Shown here in pieces: positions 55,109-64,000 of a stretch of DNA of 64,000 bases; position 1 is the first letter of the stretch; each line of letters opens with the position of its first letter. The notes below the pieces were generated by a model, which made no database searches, was not told the DNA's origin, and was given only the letters and a program-made list of their open reading frames with translations. The position numbers and the translations under genes were made by a program. Origin of the DNA: Escherichia coli 042. GTDB taxonomy: Bacteria; Pseudomonadota; Gammaproteobacteria; Enterobacterales; Enterobacteriaceae. The stretch lies in NCBI RefSeq assembly GCF_000027125.1, contig NC_017626.1; one strand, written 5' to 3'.

Positions 55109-56716
55109 TTATTCGATAGAGACGTTTTCGAAGTGATGTTTGCCTAATGGATCAACCACATAGCCTTTAACTTCTTTGCGTACCGGTTCAAACACGGTGG
55201 AGTGAGCGATGATCAGTGCCGGAGCCTGATCGTGCATCACCACCTGTGCTTGCTTATACAGCTCAATACGCTTGTTGTGGTCGTCAGTAGCACGTGCCGG
55301 TTGAATCAGATCTTCAAACGGCTTGTAGCACCATTTTGAGTAGTTGGAACCTTGTTCAGAAGCAGCGCAGCTGAACAGGGTGGCGAAGAAGTTATCCGGA
55401 TCCCCGTTGTCGCCAGTCCAGCCCATCATTACCGTCTGATGCTCGCCATCTTTCGCGCGCTTGAGGTACTCACCCCATTCGTAGGTGACGATTTTGGCCT
55501 GTACGCCCACTTTCGCCCAGTCTGCCTGAATCATCTCCGCCATGCGGCGAGCGTTCGGGTTATACGGACGTTGTACCGGCATCGCCCACAGGTCGATGGA
55601 GAAACCTTTTTCCAGACCCGCTTCTTTCAGCAAGGCTTTCGCTTTTTCGGGATCGTAGGTGTAGTCCTGAACGTCGTCGTTATAGCCCCACATGGTTGGC
55701 GGGATCAGGTTTTTCGCTGCCACGCCCGCGCCCTGATAAACCGCTTTGATGATCGCGTCTTTGTTCACCGCGTAGGTCAGAGCCTGGCGAACTTTCACAT
55801 CATCGAGTGGTTTTTTCTGCACGTTATATGAAAGATAGCCGACGTTCAGCCCCGGCATTTCCATCAGGTTGATGGATTTATCCTGCTTCATGCGAGCGAT
55901 GTCTGCCGGGTTCGGGTACGGCATCACCTGGCATTCATTCTTCTGCAATTTCGCGTAACGCACGGAAGCATCAGGGGTAATAGAGAAAACCAGCGTATCG
56001 ATCTGCGGTTTGGTGCCCCAGTAGCCATCAAACGCTTTGTAGCGGATACGGGAATCTTTTTGGTACTGCTGTAACTGGAACGGACCGGTGCCGATTGGGT
56101 TGAGGTCCAGTTTTTCCGGTGTACCGGCTTTCATCATCGCGTCAGCATATTCTTTTGACAGAATAGAGGCGAAGTCCATTGCCAGATCCGCGAGGAACGG
56201 CGCTTCCGGGCGAGTCAGCACGAACTGAACGGTGTTATCGTCCACCTTTTTCACTTCGCTGATCAGCTCCGGCAAGCCCATGCCTTCGAAGTATTCGTAG
56301 CTGCCGCCAGAAACTTTATGGTACGGGTTTTGCGCGTTTTTCTGACGATCGAACGAGAACACCACGTCATCGGCGTTCAGTTCGCGCGTCGGTTTGAATT
56401 CTTTATTGTCGTGCCACTTCACACCTTTACGCAGATGGAAGGTATAGGTTTTACCGTCTTCGCTGACTTCCCACTTTTCAGCGAGGCCCGGGATCACTTC
56501 GGTGGTGCCGATTTTAAATTCAACCAGGCGGTTATAAAGCGGCACGGAAGAGGCGTCATAGGTAGTACCGGAGGTAAACAACTGCGGGTTAAACCCTTCC
56601 GGAGATCCTTCTGAGCAATAAACCAGAGTTTTAGCCTGAACACTTGCTGCGACGGTCATAGCCACCAGGCTGAGACCAAGCTTCAGCATCCCTGACTTTT
56701 TCAAGGAAATACGCAT
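55109..56716 (-). CDS. dppA: Periplasmic dipeptide-binding protein DppA
   Basis: 535-aa ORF with signal peptide (MRISLKKSGMLKLGLSLVAMTVAASVQA); first gene of dppABCDF. Confidence 0.96.
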   Translation of the reverse strand: MRISLKKSGMLKLGLSLVAMTVAASVQAKTLVYCSEGSPEGFNPQLFTSGTTYDASSVPLYNRLVEFKIGTTEVIPGLAEKWEVSEDGKTYTFHLRKGVKWHDNKEFKPTRELNADDVVFSFDRQKNAQNPYHKVSGGSYEYFEGMGLPELISEVKKVDDNTVQFVLTRPEAPFLADLAMDFASILSKEYADAMMKAGTPEKLDLNPIGTGPFQLQQYQKDSRIRYKAFDGYWGTKPQIDTLVFSITPDASVRYAKLQKNECQVMPYPNPADIARMKQDKSINLMEMPGLNVGYLSYNVQKKPLDDVKVRQALTYAVNKDAIIKAVYQGAGVAAKNLIPPTMWGYNDDVQDYTYDPEKAKALLKEAGLEKGFSIDLWAMPVQRPYNPNARRMAEMIQADWAKVGVQAKIVTYEWGEYLKRAKDGEHQTVMMGWTGDNGDPDNFFATLFSCAASEQGSNYSKWCYKPFEDLIQPARATDDHNKRIELYKQAQVVMHDQAPALIIAHSTVFEPVRKEVKGYVVDPLGKHHFENVSIE

Positions 56717-56728
56717 TATTCTGCTCCA

Positions 56729-56750
56729 ATTGTGATGTTTGTTGTTTTAA
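56729..56750 (-). promoter_or_regulatory. C/A-rich element in the dppA 5' leader, probable GcvB sRNA target site
   Basis: Minus-strand aaaacaacaaacatcacaa immediately upstream of the GGAGCAG Shine-Dalgarno and the ATG; dppA is an established GcvB target through such a C/A-rich site. Confidence 0.5.
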
Positions 56751-57295
56751 CCCTTTGCAGTGGGTTGTCGCTGCCTGACCTTTTTTGTTTTTTGCCCGGT
56801 CGGGTCAACGTTATGAGGTGGGGATGCCGTACTAATTAACATCAGTGTAACAGTGCGGATCCTCCATAAAATGCCCCTCGTGACCTACAATCTGTCAACA
56901 GAATGTGAAAACGTCAATACAGCCAACCGGGATTTACACCAACGGTGAGAATCCACAAACAAAGATTAAAAAAACTTCAAACAGCTATTTGCAGCAGAGA
57001 AATTTGTGCTACTCCAACATGACCAGAACAATCAGCTTAATATTTAGCAACAATTGGTGATTAAGTTTTATGCATTTTGTGAAAAAAATCTGAGGAAAAG
57101 GTGGATATCTGAGCGATTAATACCATGAACGCTAAAACGCACAGCGGAAAATGCCAGCGCCAGCCATAAGTAACGCAAAAAAAAATTTAAGCAAATATAA
57201 AAAAAGACAATGGTTTCTGTCACAAATCCGTTAATGGATAGTGAGATATGGGCGCAAATTTGGCAGGAAAATGTGTGGTGTGTAGGTCGAATAAG

Positions 57296-57794
57296 GCGGT
57301 CGCGCCGCATCCGACAATGGGCCGGCACATTTGCCTGATGCGACGCTGGCGCGTCTTATCAGGCCTACGTCGAATCGAACCTCCCTGCCCCCGGAAGTTC
57401 TCATCCTCTTCAGGCCGCAGAAAGCAAAAAACCAGCCCGTAGGCTGGTTTTTCTAAATTGGTCGGTGATAGAGGATTACTCGCCACTTCGTGGCTCGCCC
57501 TGCGGGCCGTTGCTGGCGCAACGTTCTCTCGCTTCGCTCGAGTCGAATCTCCCTGCCCCCGGAGGTTCTCATCCTCATAGGCTACAAATGCAAAAAAGCC
57601 TGCTCGCTGAGCAGGCTTTTCGAATTTGGTCGGTGCCAGAGGATTACTCGCCACTTCGTGGCTCGCCCTGCGGGCCGTTGCTGGCGCAACGTTCTCTCGC
57701 TTCGCTCGAGTCGAACCTCCCTGCCCCCGGAGGTTCTCATCCTCATGGGCTACAAATGCAAAAAAGCCTGCTCGCTGAGCAGGCTTTTCGAATT
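57296..57794. repeat. Three tandem imperfect direct repeats (about 150-185 bp), each ending with a terminator hairpin plus a roughly 20-nt copy of the proK 3' end
   Basis: Units at about 57296-57479, 57480-57648 and 57649-57794. Each contains tcgaa(t/c)ctccctgcccccgga(a/g)gttctcatcctc, a hairpin (aaaaaaccagcccgtaggctggttttt or aaaaaagcctgctcgctgagcaggctttt) and aatttggtcggtg(at/cc)agaggatt, which matches the proK 3' terminus. Confidence 0.7.
57762..57790 (-). terminator. Rho-independent terminator of proK
   Basis: On the minus strand aaaagcctgctcagcgagcaggcttttttg, 5 nt after the tRNA 3' end. Confidence 0.65.
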
Positions 57795-57871
<77 letters not shown>

Positions 57872-57962
57872 AATGCGGGGCGCATCTTACTGCGCAGATA
57901 CGCCCTCGTCAATCCCTTAATAGCAAAATGCCTTTTGATCGGCGAGAAAGTCAGCAGGCCTC

Positions 57963-59654
57963 TTAGTTAGCCGCTGCCTCTTTTGCCTGCGGGATGTGAC
58001 ACCAGTTGTTGTTTTCGTTAATTCCACCATCAGGTGAAGTATAGCCAAGACACCCCATGATGGTGTCGTACAGCTCTACGTGACGGCGTGGCACTTTCAT
58101 GTCGGCTTCTTTTTTCAGCTGCGCAAATGCCTGCGCATTGGCCGGATTTTCCAGATATTTATCCGACATCCAGACCATCATCGGCACACGGAACTGTTCC
58201 GGCGGTGCCAGTTCACGCGGCGTGCCGTGCAGGTGCTCGCGTTCGTTAATTGACTCACCGTGGTCAGCTGCGTAGAACACAATCGCTTTCTTATCGCGAA
58301 CCTGATCAATCACGCTGGAGATAAAGTGATCCACATAGGTCACCGAGTTGTCATAGGAGTTGATCATCTGCGCTTTGGTACAGCCGCTATCAACACCAAT
58401 ACATTCCGGCTTCCACTGCGCAAAGCTGCGCGGGTAACGCTGGGTGTAGTTAAAGTGCGAACCTTTGGTATGCAAAATGATCAGATGCTTGCCATCCGGG
58501 TTGCGCCCCAGCGATTGCTGCATTTCGTCTACCAGCAACATATCATCTACCGGCTTGCCACGGTTACGTGGCTCCGCACCAATCTGCTCACGATAAGCAA
58601 TGTTGTCCGCCATCGTGTTGCTGTAGAACCACATTTCGCTCTGCATAGCGTAGAGGTCAGAACTGAATCCTAACTGCTTCAGCACCGCGAAAATGTTCTG
58701 TTCTTTTAATGTGCGCTGCGGATTATCTTCCGCTCCACCCTCTCGTACAAACATGCAACGCAGAGAAAGTTTGGTCGCCGTGTCACAAGAATAGCCACGG
58801 AACGCCGCCAGATTTTTCTCCTGGGCCAGCTTCGGCGTGGTATTACGCTCATAGCCGAAAATGCCCATATGGTCCCAACGCGTAGTTTCACCGATGATAA
58901 ACACGACATAAGTGTCATCAACGTTTTGCGGTGCCTGATAAGTGAATTTCTTCGCCGGATTAAGCAATGAATTGTTATCGGAAGATTCATCGACCCGCGC
59001 CCAGGCATACAGCCCCAATGCCGAAAGCCAGTTTGATGGCAGATAAGAGTTCGCTACGACGCCGCCATAGCTTGGCAAATCAACACCGGTCGCCCTCTCC
59101 ACTTTCTTCTGCTGGATATCCAGCAAACGAATCGGTGCCCAAACCATAATACCCGCTAGCACGACGACCGCCAGGCTGCGAATACGCTGTCCAGGGGTTC
59201 GCAGCTGTCGGAGCAAGGTGTAACGACAGCGGTTATTCCAGATAAGGATAAGAGGCAATGCACTTACGGCGATTAACCAGAGAATAAAGTTCAGACCAAC
59301 AACTTCTTTTGACAGGTCGATATCGGTGGTCATGACGGAAGCGATGATGCCATAACCAATGACCACATTAAGGAAGGTCATGTAATAGCTGGCACCTGCG
59401 GAAAAGAGCACCACCAGCGACGCCAGAATACGCCAACTGCGGCGGCCAAACAGCGAAAGAAGACGTAGTAAAAAGAAGGTCACCAGTACGGTGGCGGCCA
59501 GTTCAACAACAGCAGAAATGCCTTTCCAGACGGTAAAATCGTGCGCATAGCTGCCGAAGCGGCGGTAAAAAACCGCGCCATTCATAAAAAGGCCAATATA
59601 GATTGCAAGCAAAAAGCTCAGCTTCTGCTGTGTAATCGATTTGATGTATCTCAT
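57963..59654 (-). CDS. eptB: Kdo(2)-lipid A phosphoethanolamine transferase EptB
   Basis: ORF 57963..59687 trimmed to the ATG at 59652-59654 ([26 protein letters not shown]...); 563 aa; N-terminal TM helices plus sulfatase-like domain. Confidence 0.92.
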   Translation of the reverse strand: MRYIKSITQQKLSFLLAIYIGLFMNGAVFYRRFGSYAHDFTVWKGISAVVELAATVLVTFFLLRLLSLFGRRSWRILASLVVLFSAGASYYMTFLNVVIGYGIIASVMTTDIDLSKEVVGLNFILWLIAVSALPLILIWNNRCRYTLLRQLRTPGQRIRSLAVVVLAGIMVWAPIRLLDIQQKKVERATGVDLPSYGGVVANSYLPSNWLSALGLYAWARVDESSDNNSLLNPAKKFTYQAPQNVDDTYVVFIIGETTRWDHMGIFGYERNTTPKLAQEKNLAAFRGYSCDTATKLSLRCMFVREGGAEDNPQRTLKEQNIFAVLKQLGFSSDLYAMQSEMWFYSNTMADNIAYREQIGAEPRNRGKPVDDMLLVDEMQQSLGRNPDGKHLIILHTKGSHFNYTQRYPRSFAQWKPECIGVDSGCTKAQMINSYDNSVTYVDHFISSVIDQVRDKKAIVFYAADHGESINEREHLHGTPRELAPPEQFRVPMMVWMSDKYLENPANAQAFAQLKKEADMKVPRRHVELYDTIMGCLGYTSPDGGINENNNWCHIPQAKEAAAN

Positions 59655-59869
59655 GCAAACAAACCCTGGGCAAACAGGTGATAACACCCTGCTTAGTGGC
59701 TTTTCAGGCCAGGCAGGGGAAAAGTGCGGAGGTAGTCAGATAAGTAAAATCTACACGCGCGAATAAGTAGACCACAGCAAAGGGAAAAAGTGTGGGGAAA
59801 GAGTGTGCATGAAGCACAAATTTACAAAAATGCAAGTTTGAAAAGAGACTTTAGCGTTACAAAAAGCAG

Positions 59870-59900
59870 TAAAAAGGGCCAGTTAACTGGCCCAAATTTT
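59870..59900 (-). terminator. Putative terminator downstream of yhjX
   Basis: Palindrome gggccagttaactggccc followed on the minus strand by tttttactg. Confidence 0.45.
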
Positions 59901-59977
59901 ACGCGTTATTGTTTATACATTTCGTTGATGCGTTTGATGCATACTGAAGCTGAAGCCCAGTAGCTCACGGCTGAGCA

Positions 59978-61186
59978 TTAAAGGGAGCCATGCGCCTCAC
60001 GCAACACTTTCTGCTCTGGCTGACGAATCGTCGTAGAGAGCGCCAGTGACAGAATCAGCAGGGCGAAAATCACGTAGAAGGTCACATAGAAGCCGCCAAA
60101 CAGTGAGGCGATAATCGACCCACAAATGCTGCCGATACCGAAACCGAGATAAATCACACCGTAGTTTTTCGCCAGGTTATTGAGGCCGAAGAACTCACTG
60201 ACCAGTGACGGGAACACCGTGATAGTGCCGCCAAAGTTAAACGCCACGCAGGCAATCGCTGCAAAGAACGTCACTGCATTCAATGGTGCAAACAGCAGGG
60301 CCGCCATACCCACCAGCGAAATCACCTGACCAATAGTGATAACACGGATACGGGCGATTTTGTCAGACAGTATCCCCAGAACCAGACGACCTGAAAGGTT
60401 GGCGATGGAAATAACAGTGACTGCATTAGCTGCGGAAACCACATCAAGGTGTGCCAGACTTTGGGCGATATCTTTCGCTACTCCAATCACGTACAGACCG
60501 CTCATGCAGGCAGTCAGGAACATTACCGCTAACATCCAGTACTGCGGTTTACGCATCGACTCTGCCAGCGTGTAATCTTTCTCCACCACACCATTGCTGG
60601 TTTTCACTTCCTGTTTTGGTGCGTCTTTCATTAACGTTGCGCCGAAAACAATCATCACCAGCGCAATCGCTCCCCAAATCACAAAGGTTTTTTCCAGACC
60701 CACCGTTTCGAGCAGCTGCGTGTCGATAAATTTGAAACCCAGGCTACCCAGACCATAAGAACCGATAGCGAACGCGGAGATCAGACCTTTACGCTCCGGG
60801 AACCACTTCACGCAGTTTGAGAGCGTCAGCAGGTAGCCCGCACCATCCGCCAAACCGACCAACACACCGGCGCTTAACCACAGCATCATCAGGTTGTCAG
60901 AATGCGCTGTCAGGAAGAAGCCTAATCCCAGCAAAATGCCGGAAGCCATAGTGACGCGTTTAACGCCAAAACGTTCCTGCAATTTGCCCGCAACAGAAGA
61001 TGAAATTGCCAGCCCCAGACTTAACAAGCCGAAAGAGAAAGCGACCTGGCTTACCGGCGCATCCAGCTTGGCAGAAAGCGCGCCGTTAAACAGGCTCCAG
61101 GTATAAACCGACCCAAGGGCAAACTGGGTAATGATAGTACCGATGAGTGTCAACCAGCGGGTACGCTGATAATTTGAAGGTGTCAT
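59978..61186 (-). CDS. yhjX: MFS (oxalate/formate antiporter family) transporter YhjX
   Basis: ORF 59978..61231 trimmed to the ATG at 61184-61186 (MTPSNYQRTRWLTLIGTIITQFALGSVYTWSLF...); 402 aa. Confidence 0.92.
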   Translation of the reverse strand: MTPSNYQRTRWLTLIGTIITQFALGSVYTWSLFNGALSAKLDAPVSQVAFSFGLLSLGLAISSSVAGKLQERFGVKRVTMASGILLGLGFFLTAHSDNLMMLWLSAGVLVGLADGAGYLLTLSNCVKWFPERKGLISAFAIGSYGLGSLGFKFIDTQLLETVGLEKTFVIWGAIALVMIVFGATLMKDAPKQEVKTSNGVVEKDYTLAESMRKPQYWMLAVMFLTACMSGLYVIGVAKDIAQSLAHLDVVSAANAVTVISIANLSGRLVLGILSDKIARIRVITIGQVISLVGMAALLFAPLNAVTFFAAIACVAFNFGGTITVFPSLVSEFFGLNNLAKNYGVIYLGFGIGSICGSIIASLFGGFYVTFYVIFALLILSLALSTTIRQPEQKVLREAHGSL

Positions 61187-61414
61187 GGCAGTATTCCTGC
61201 AGTAATAAAAAGGAAAAATCTCTGCTGACAACCATAACGAAGTGCACTTTATGCCTGGGGAAAAACGGCATGAAATGCCATCAGAACGGAATGAAATGCC
61301 TTAGTTCAGGAATGAATGACGTGACAATTATTCACCAAATTTATTATTTGGTAAGTTAGCACCCACTATCGCCACAACTGCTGTTATTCAATGGTTTTAA
61401 TTGTGACTGTTACG

Positions 61415-62113
61415 TTAAAATCTGGCACTAACCCCCATCGTATACAGATAGTCGCTATTGTTAGTGGTATTTTCTGCCTGAGATAGCGCCGCATAGGCGG
61501 CAATATTTTGATTGAGCAACATATCAGCGCCTACGGTGACATCCAGCCAGTTGCCGTTCTGGTTTGTCGCCGTCATCCGGCTCAGGCCTGATTGCGCCTT
61601 CCAGATATTCTCGCCAAATTGCTGGTTATAGCTGATTTGCGCCCAGGGTCGGAGATCGCCAAGCCGGGAGTCAACACGCCAGCCTAAGGTACTCACGCTG
61701 GCATGCCATAACGGATCGGCCAGCGTGGTAGTACTGTCGCCAAACTCGTTATACATCGAGGTGGTTGTGCCATCGTAATGTAATGCCGCGACCGGGCCGG
61801 TTGTAACCTGCTCATATAAAGGAAAATTCCAGCCCATACTCATACTGCTGGTCACATCCACAGGGGTTTCTTCCGCCAGATTGACTTCCAGTCCCAGCGC
61901 CCTTTGGCTACTTTGAATACGTTGCGACAAAATATCGTTGTAATCAGGTTGATGATCGCTATCCCAGGTGTAACGCTCTGTGGAATGTCCGGGTTGCGTA
62001 TCAACGATATATTCTTGTTGCCAGGCGTAAGCTGTGTTGAGAAAAAAGGCACTGATTACCACGCTCACCAGCAGGCTTAGCTGCCAGCGACCACCGCTTT
62101 TTTTTATGATCAT
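61415..62113 (-). CDS. yhjY: Outer-membrane beta-barrel (autotransporter-domain-like) protein YhjY
   Basis: ORF 61415..62119 begins at a GTG; the ATG at 62111-62113 gives 232 aa (MIIKKSGGRWQLSLLVSVVISAFFLNTAYA...), signal peptide, C-terminal aromatic residue. Confidence 0.85.
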   Translation of the reverse strand: MIIKKSGGRWQLSLLVSVVISAFFLNTAYAWQQEYIVDTQPGHSTERYTWDSDHQPDYNDILSQRIQSSQRALGLEVNLAEETPVDVTSSMSMGWNFPLYEQVTTGPVAALHYDGTTTSMYNEFGDSTTTLADPLWHASVSTLGWRVDSRLGDLRPWAQISYNQQFGENIWKAQSGLSRMTATNQNGNWLDVTVGADMLLNQNIAAYAALSQAENTTNNSDYLYTMGVSARF

Positions 62114-62270
62114 TAACACGACTCCAGGGAAGAGCCGAATTCGGCAATATTATTGTCATTGTATGAAGGATATCGGGCATAGTAGCCCTGTATTAAATAT
62201 TGACTTTTTCACCGATGCGTCAAGAAAAGCGGCTGAAATTTTTACGATCGGGTACATAGCGAGGGAAAGT

Positions 62271-62834
62271 ATGGAACGTTGCGGCTGGGTGAGTCAGGAC
62301 CCGCTTTATATTGCCTACCATGATAATGAATGGGGCGTGCCTGAAACTGACAGTAAAAAACTGTTCGAAATGATCTGCCTTGAAGGGCAGCAGGCTGGAT
62401 TATCGTGGATCACCGTCCTCAAAAAACGCGAAAACTATCGCGCCAGCTTTCATCAGTTCGATCCGGTGAAGGTGGCTGCAATGCAGGAAGAGGATGTCGA
62501 AAGACTGGTACAGGACGCCGGGATTATCCGCCATCGCGGGAAAATTCAGGCAATTATTGGTAATGCGCGGGCGTACCTGCAAATGGAACAGAACGGCGAA
62601 CCGTTTGCCGACTTTGTCTGGTCGTTTGTCAATCATCAACCACAGGTGACACAAGCCACAACGTTGAGCGAAATCCCTACATCTACGCCCGCCTCCGACG
62701 CTCTATCTAAAGCCCTGAAAAAGCGTGGTTTTAAGTTTGTTGGTACCACAATCTGTTACTCCTTTATGCAGGCATGTGGGCTGGTGAATGATCATGTGGT
62801 TGGCTGCTGTTGCTATCCGGGAAATAAACCATGA
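62271..62834 (+). CDS. tag: 3-methyladenine DNA glycosylase I
   Basis: ORF 62034..62834 trimmed to the ATG at 62271 (MERCGWVSQDPLYIAYHDNEWGVPETDSKKLFEMICLEGQQAGLSWITVL...), preceded by GAGGGAAAG; 187 aa. Confidence 0.94.
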   Translation: MERCGWVSQDPLYIAYHDNEWGVPETDSKKLFEMICLEGQQAGLSWITVLKKRENYRASFHQFDPVKVAAMQEEDVERLVQDAGIIRHRGKIQAIIGNARAYLQMEQNGEPFADFVWSFVNHQPQVTQATTLSEIPTSTPASDALSKALKKRGFKFVGTTICYSFMQACGLVNDHVVGCCCYPGNKP

Positions 62835-63271
62835 TTCGGGAAGCGCAACGTTCAGAACTCCCCGCGATCCTCGAACTGTGGCTGGAAAGTACAACCTGGG
62901 GGCATCCCTTTATAAAAGCGAATTACTGGCGTGATTGCATTCCGCTGGTGCGGGATGCCTATCTTGCCAACGCGCAAAACTGGGTCTGGGAAGAAGACGG
63001 TAAGCTTCTCGGTTTTGTCAGCATTATGGAAGGCCGATTTCTGGCTGCAATGTTTGTCGCACCGAAGGCCGTCAGACGCGGTATTGGTAAGGCGCTAATG
63101 CAGTATGTGCAGCAGCGCCATCCCCATCTGATGCTGGAGGTTTATCAAAAAAATCAACCGGCGATAGATTTTTACCATGCGCAGGGTTTTCACATTGTCG
63201 ACTGCGCATGGCAGGATGAAACCCAACTACCCACCTGGATTATGAGCTGGCCGGTGGTTCAAACGCTGTAA
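62831..63271 (+). CDS. yiaC: GNAT-family N-acetyltransferase YiaC
   Basis: 146-aa ORF overlapping the tag stop by 4 nt; GNAT acetyl-CoA-binding motif (RRGIGKALMQY). Confidence 0.9.
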   Translation: MIREAQRSELPAILELWLESTTWGHPFIKANYWRDCIPLVRDAYLANAQNWVWEEDGKLLGFVSIMEGRFLAAMFVAPKAVRRGIGKALMQYVQQRHPHLMLEVYQKNQPAIDFYHAQGFHIVDCAWQDETQLPTWIMSWPVVQTL

Positions 63272-64000
63272 GTGTCAGTTCCGGACCGTTGTATTTTTCT
63301 AGCCATGCCAAAGCCGTGTTGCCTGCACAACCATTCCCCAGCCGCGAGCTGGGGAGGTCTTTAGTCAATACATTCACTGCGCCGTTTTTACAAATGCCGT
63401 CAGCGGTTAAATCCAGATCCGGCCATGCCCCTTCGTGAATACAAATCACGCCAGGTTTAATTCCCTCGCTAATGACTGCCCCGGCAAGAATTTGCCCGCG
63501 TGCGTTCCACAGCCGAACAGTATCGCCATCTTGTATGCCGCGCGCCTGAGCATCGTCAGGATGAATGGTGACAGGCTCACGATTTGCCACCGCGTACAAT
63601 TCGCGCAGAGAACTGTAATTCAGCTGGCTGTGCAGACGATGTGCCGGATGAGCAGAAAGTACCTGCAACTGTTCCGGTTCGGCATTGCCCTGCCATTCGT
63701 CCGGCTCCAGCCACATTGGATGCCCAGGGCAATCCGGATAAGCGTAATCGGCAATACGCTGCGAGAAGATTTCAATCTTGCCGCTGGCGGTTTTTAATGG
63801 ATGCGCCTGCGGATCGCGGCGAAAATCGGCGAAGCGAATAAACCGCTCGCTGTCCGGGTTTTCCGGCATCTCAATTAACTGGTTGGCTTGCCAGAACTCA
63901 GCAAATGGCGGCAATTCAACCTGCTGGCTTGCCCCGCGCTGCCGGGCAACGTTATAAAACGTTTCCAGCCATTGCAGCTCACTTTTTCCTTCCGTAAACC
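63240..64000 (-). CDS. bisC: Biotin sulfoxide reductase BisC (molybdopterin oxidoreductase), C-terminal part only; gene continues beyond the window end
   Basis: Minus-strand frame encodes the C-terminal domain of a DMSO-reductase-family enzyme (…PDDAQARGIQDGDTVRLWNARGQILAGAVISEGIKPGVICIHEGAWPDLD…). The ORF-track Met at 63914 is internal, and the frame is open to position 64000. Confidence 0.85.
   Translation of the reverse strand, partial: FTEGKSELQWLETFYNVARQRGASQQVELPPFAEFWQANQLIEMPENPDSERFIRFADFRRDPQAHPLKTASGKIEIFSQRIADYAYPDCPGHPMWLEPDEWQGNAEPEQLQVLSAHPAHRLHSQLNYSSLRELYAVANREPVTIHPDDAQARGIQDGDTVRLWNARGQILAGAVISEGIKPGVICIHEGAWPDLDLTADGICKNGAVNVLTKDLPSSRLGNGCAGNTALAWLEKYNGPELTLTAFEPPASS

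Overview
This window is a contiguous Escherichia coli chromosomal segment running from the acid fitness island (yhiD-hdeBA-hdeD-gadE-mdtEF-gadW-gadY-gadX-gadA) through ccp, treF, yhjB/C/D/E/G, pdeH, kdgK, yhjJ, dctA, pdeK, the complete cellulose locus (bcsRQABZC and divergent bcsEFG), an Ldr/Rdl type I toxin-antitoxin repeat array, yhjV, dppFDCBA, tRNA-Pro (proK), eptB, yhjX, yhjY, tag, yiaC and the 3' end of bisC. Gene identities were recognised from the translated ORFs; many ORF-track starts were trimmed to the in-frame ATG with a plausible ribosome-binding site. Three things stand out against the K-12 reference layout as I recall it (not verifiable here). (1) A ~2.3 kb AT-rich islet inserted between the convergent kdgK and yhjJ genes, bracketed by a 9-bp direct repeat and carrying five small minus-strand ORFs of no function I can recognise; this is the best candidate for an undescribed system. 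(2) Five tandem 483-bp Ldr/Rdl units where I recall one in K-12. (3) An intact bcsQ. A set of tandem repeats carrying proK 3'-end fragments next to proK is also worth a look. All function calls rest on recall of protein families; no database search was run.
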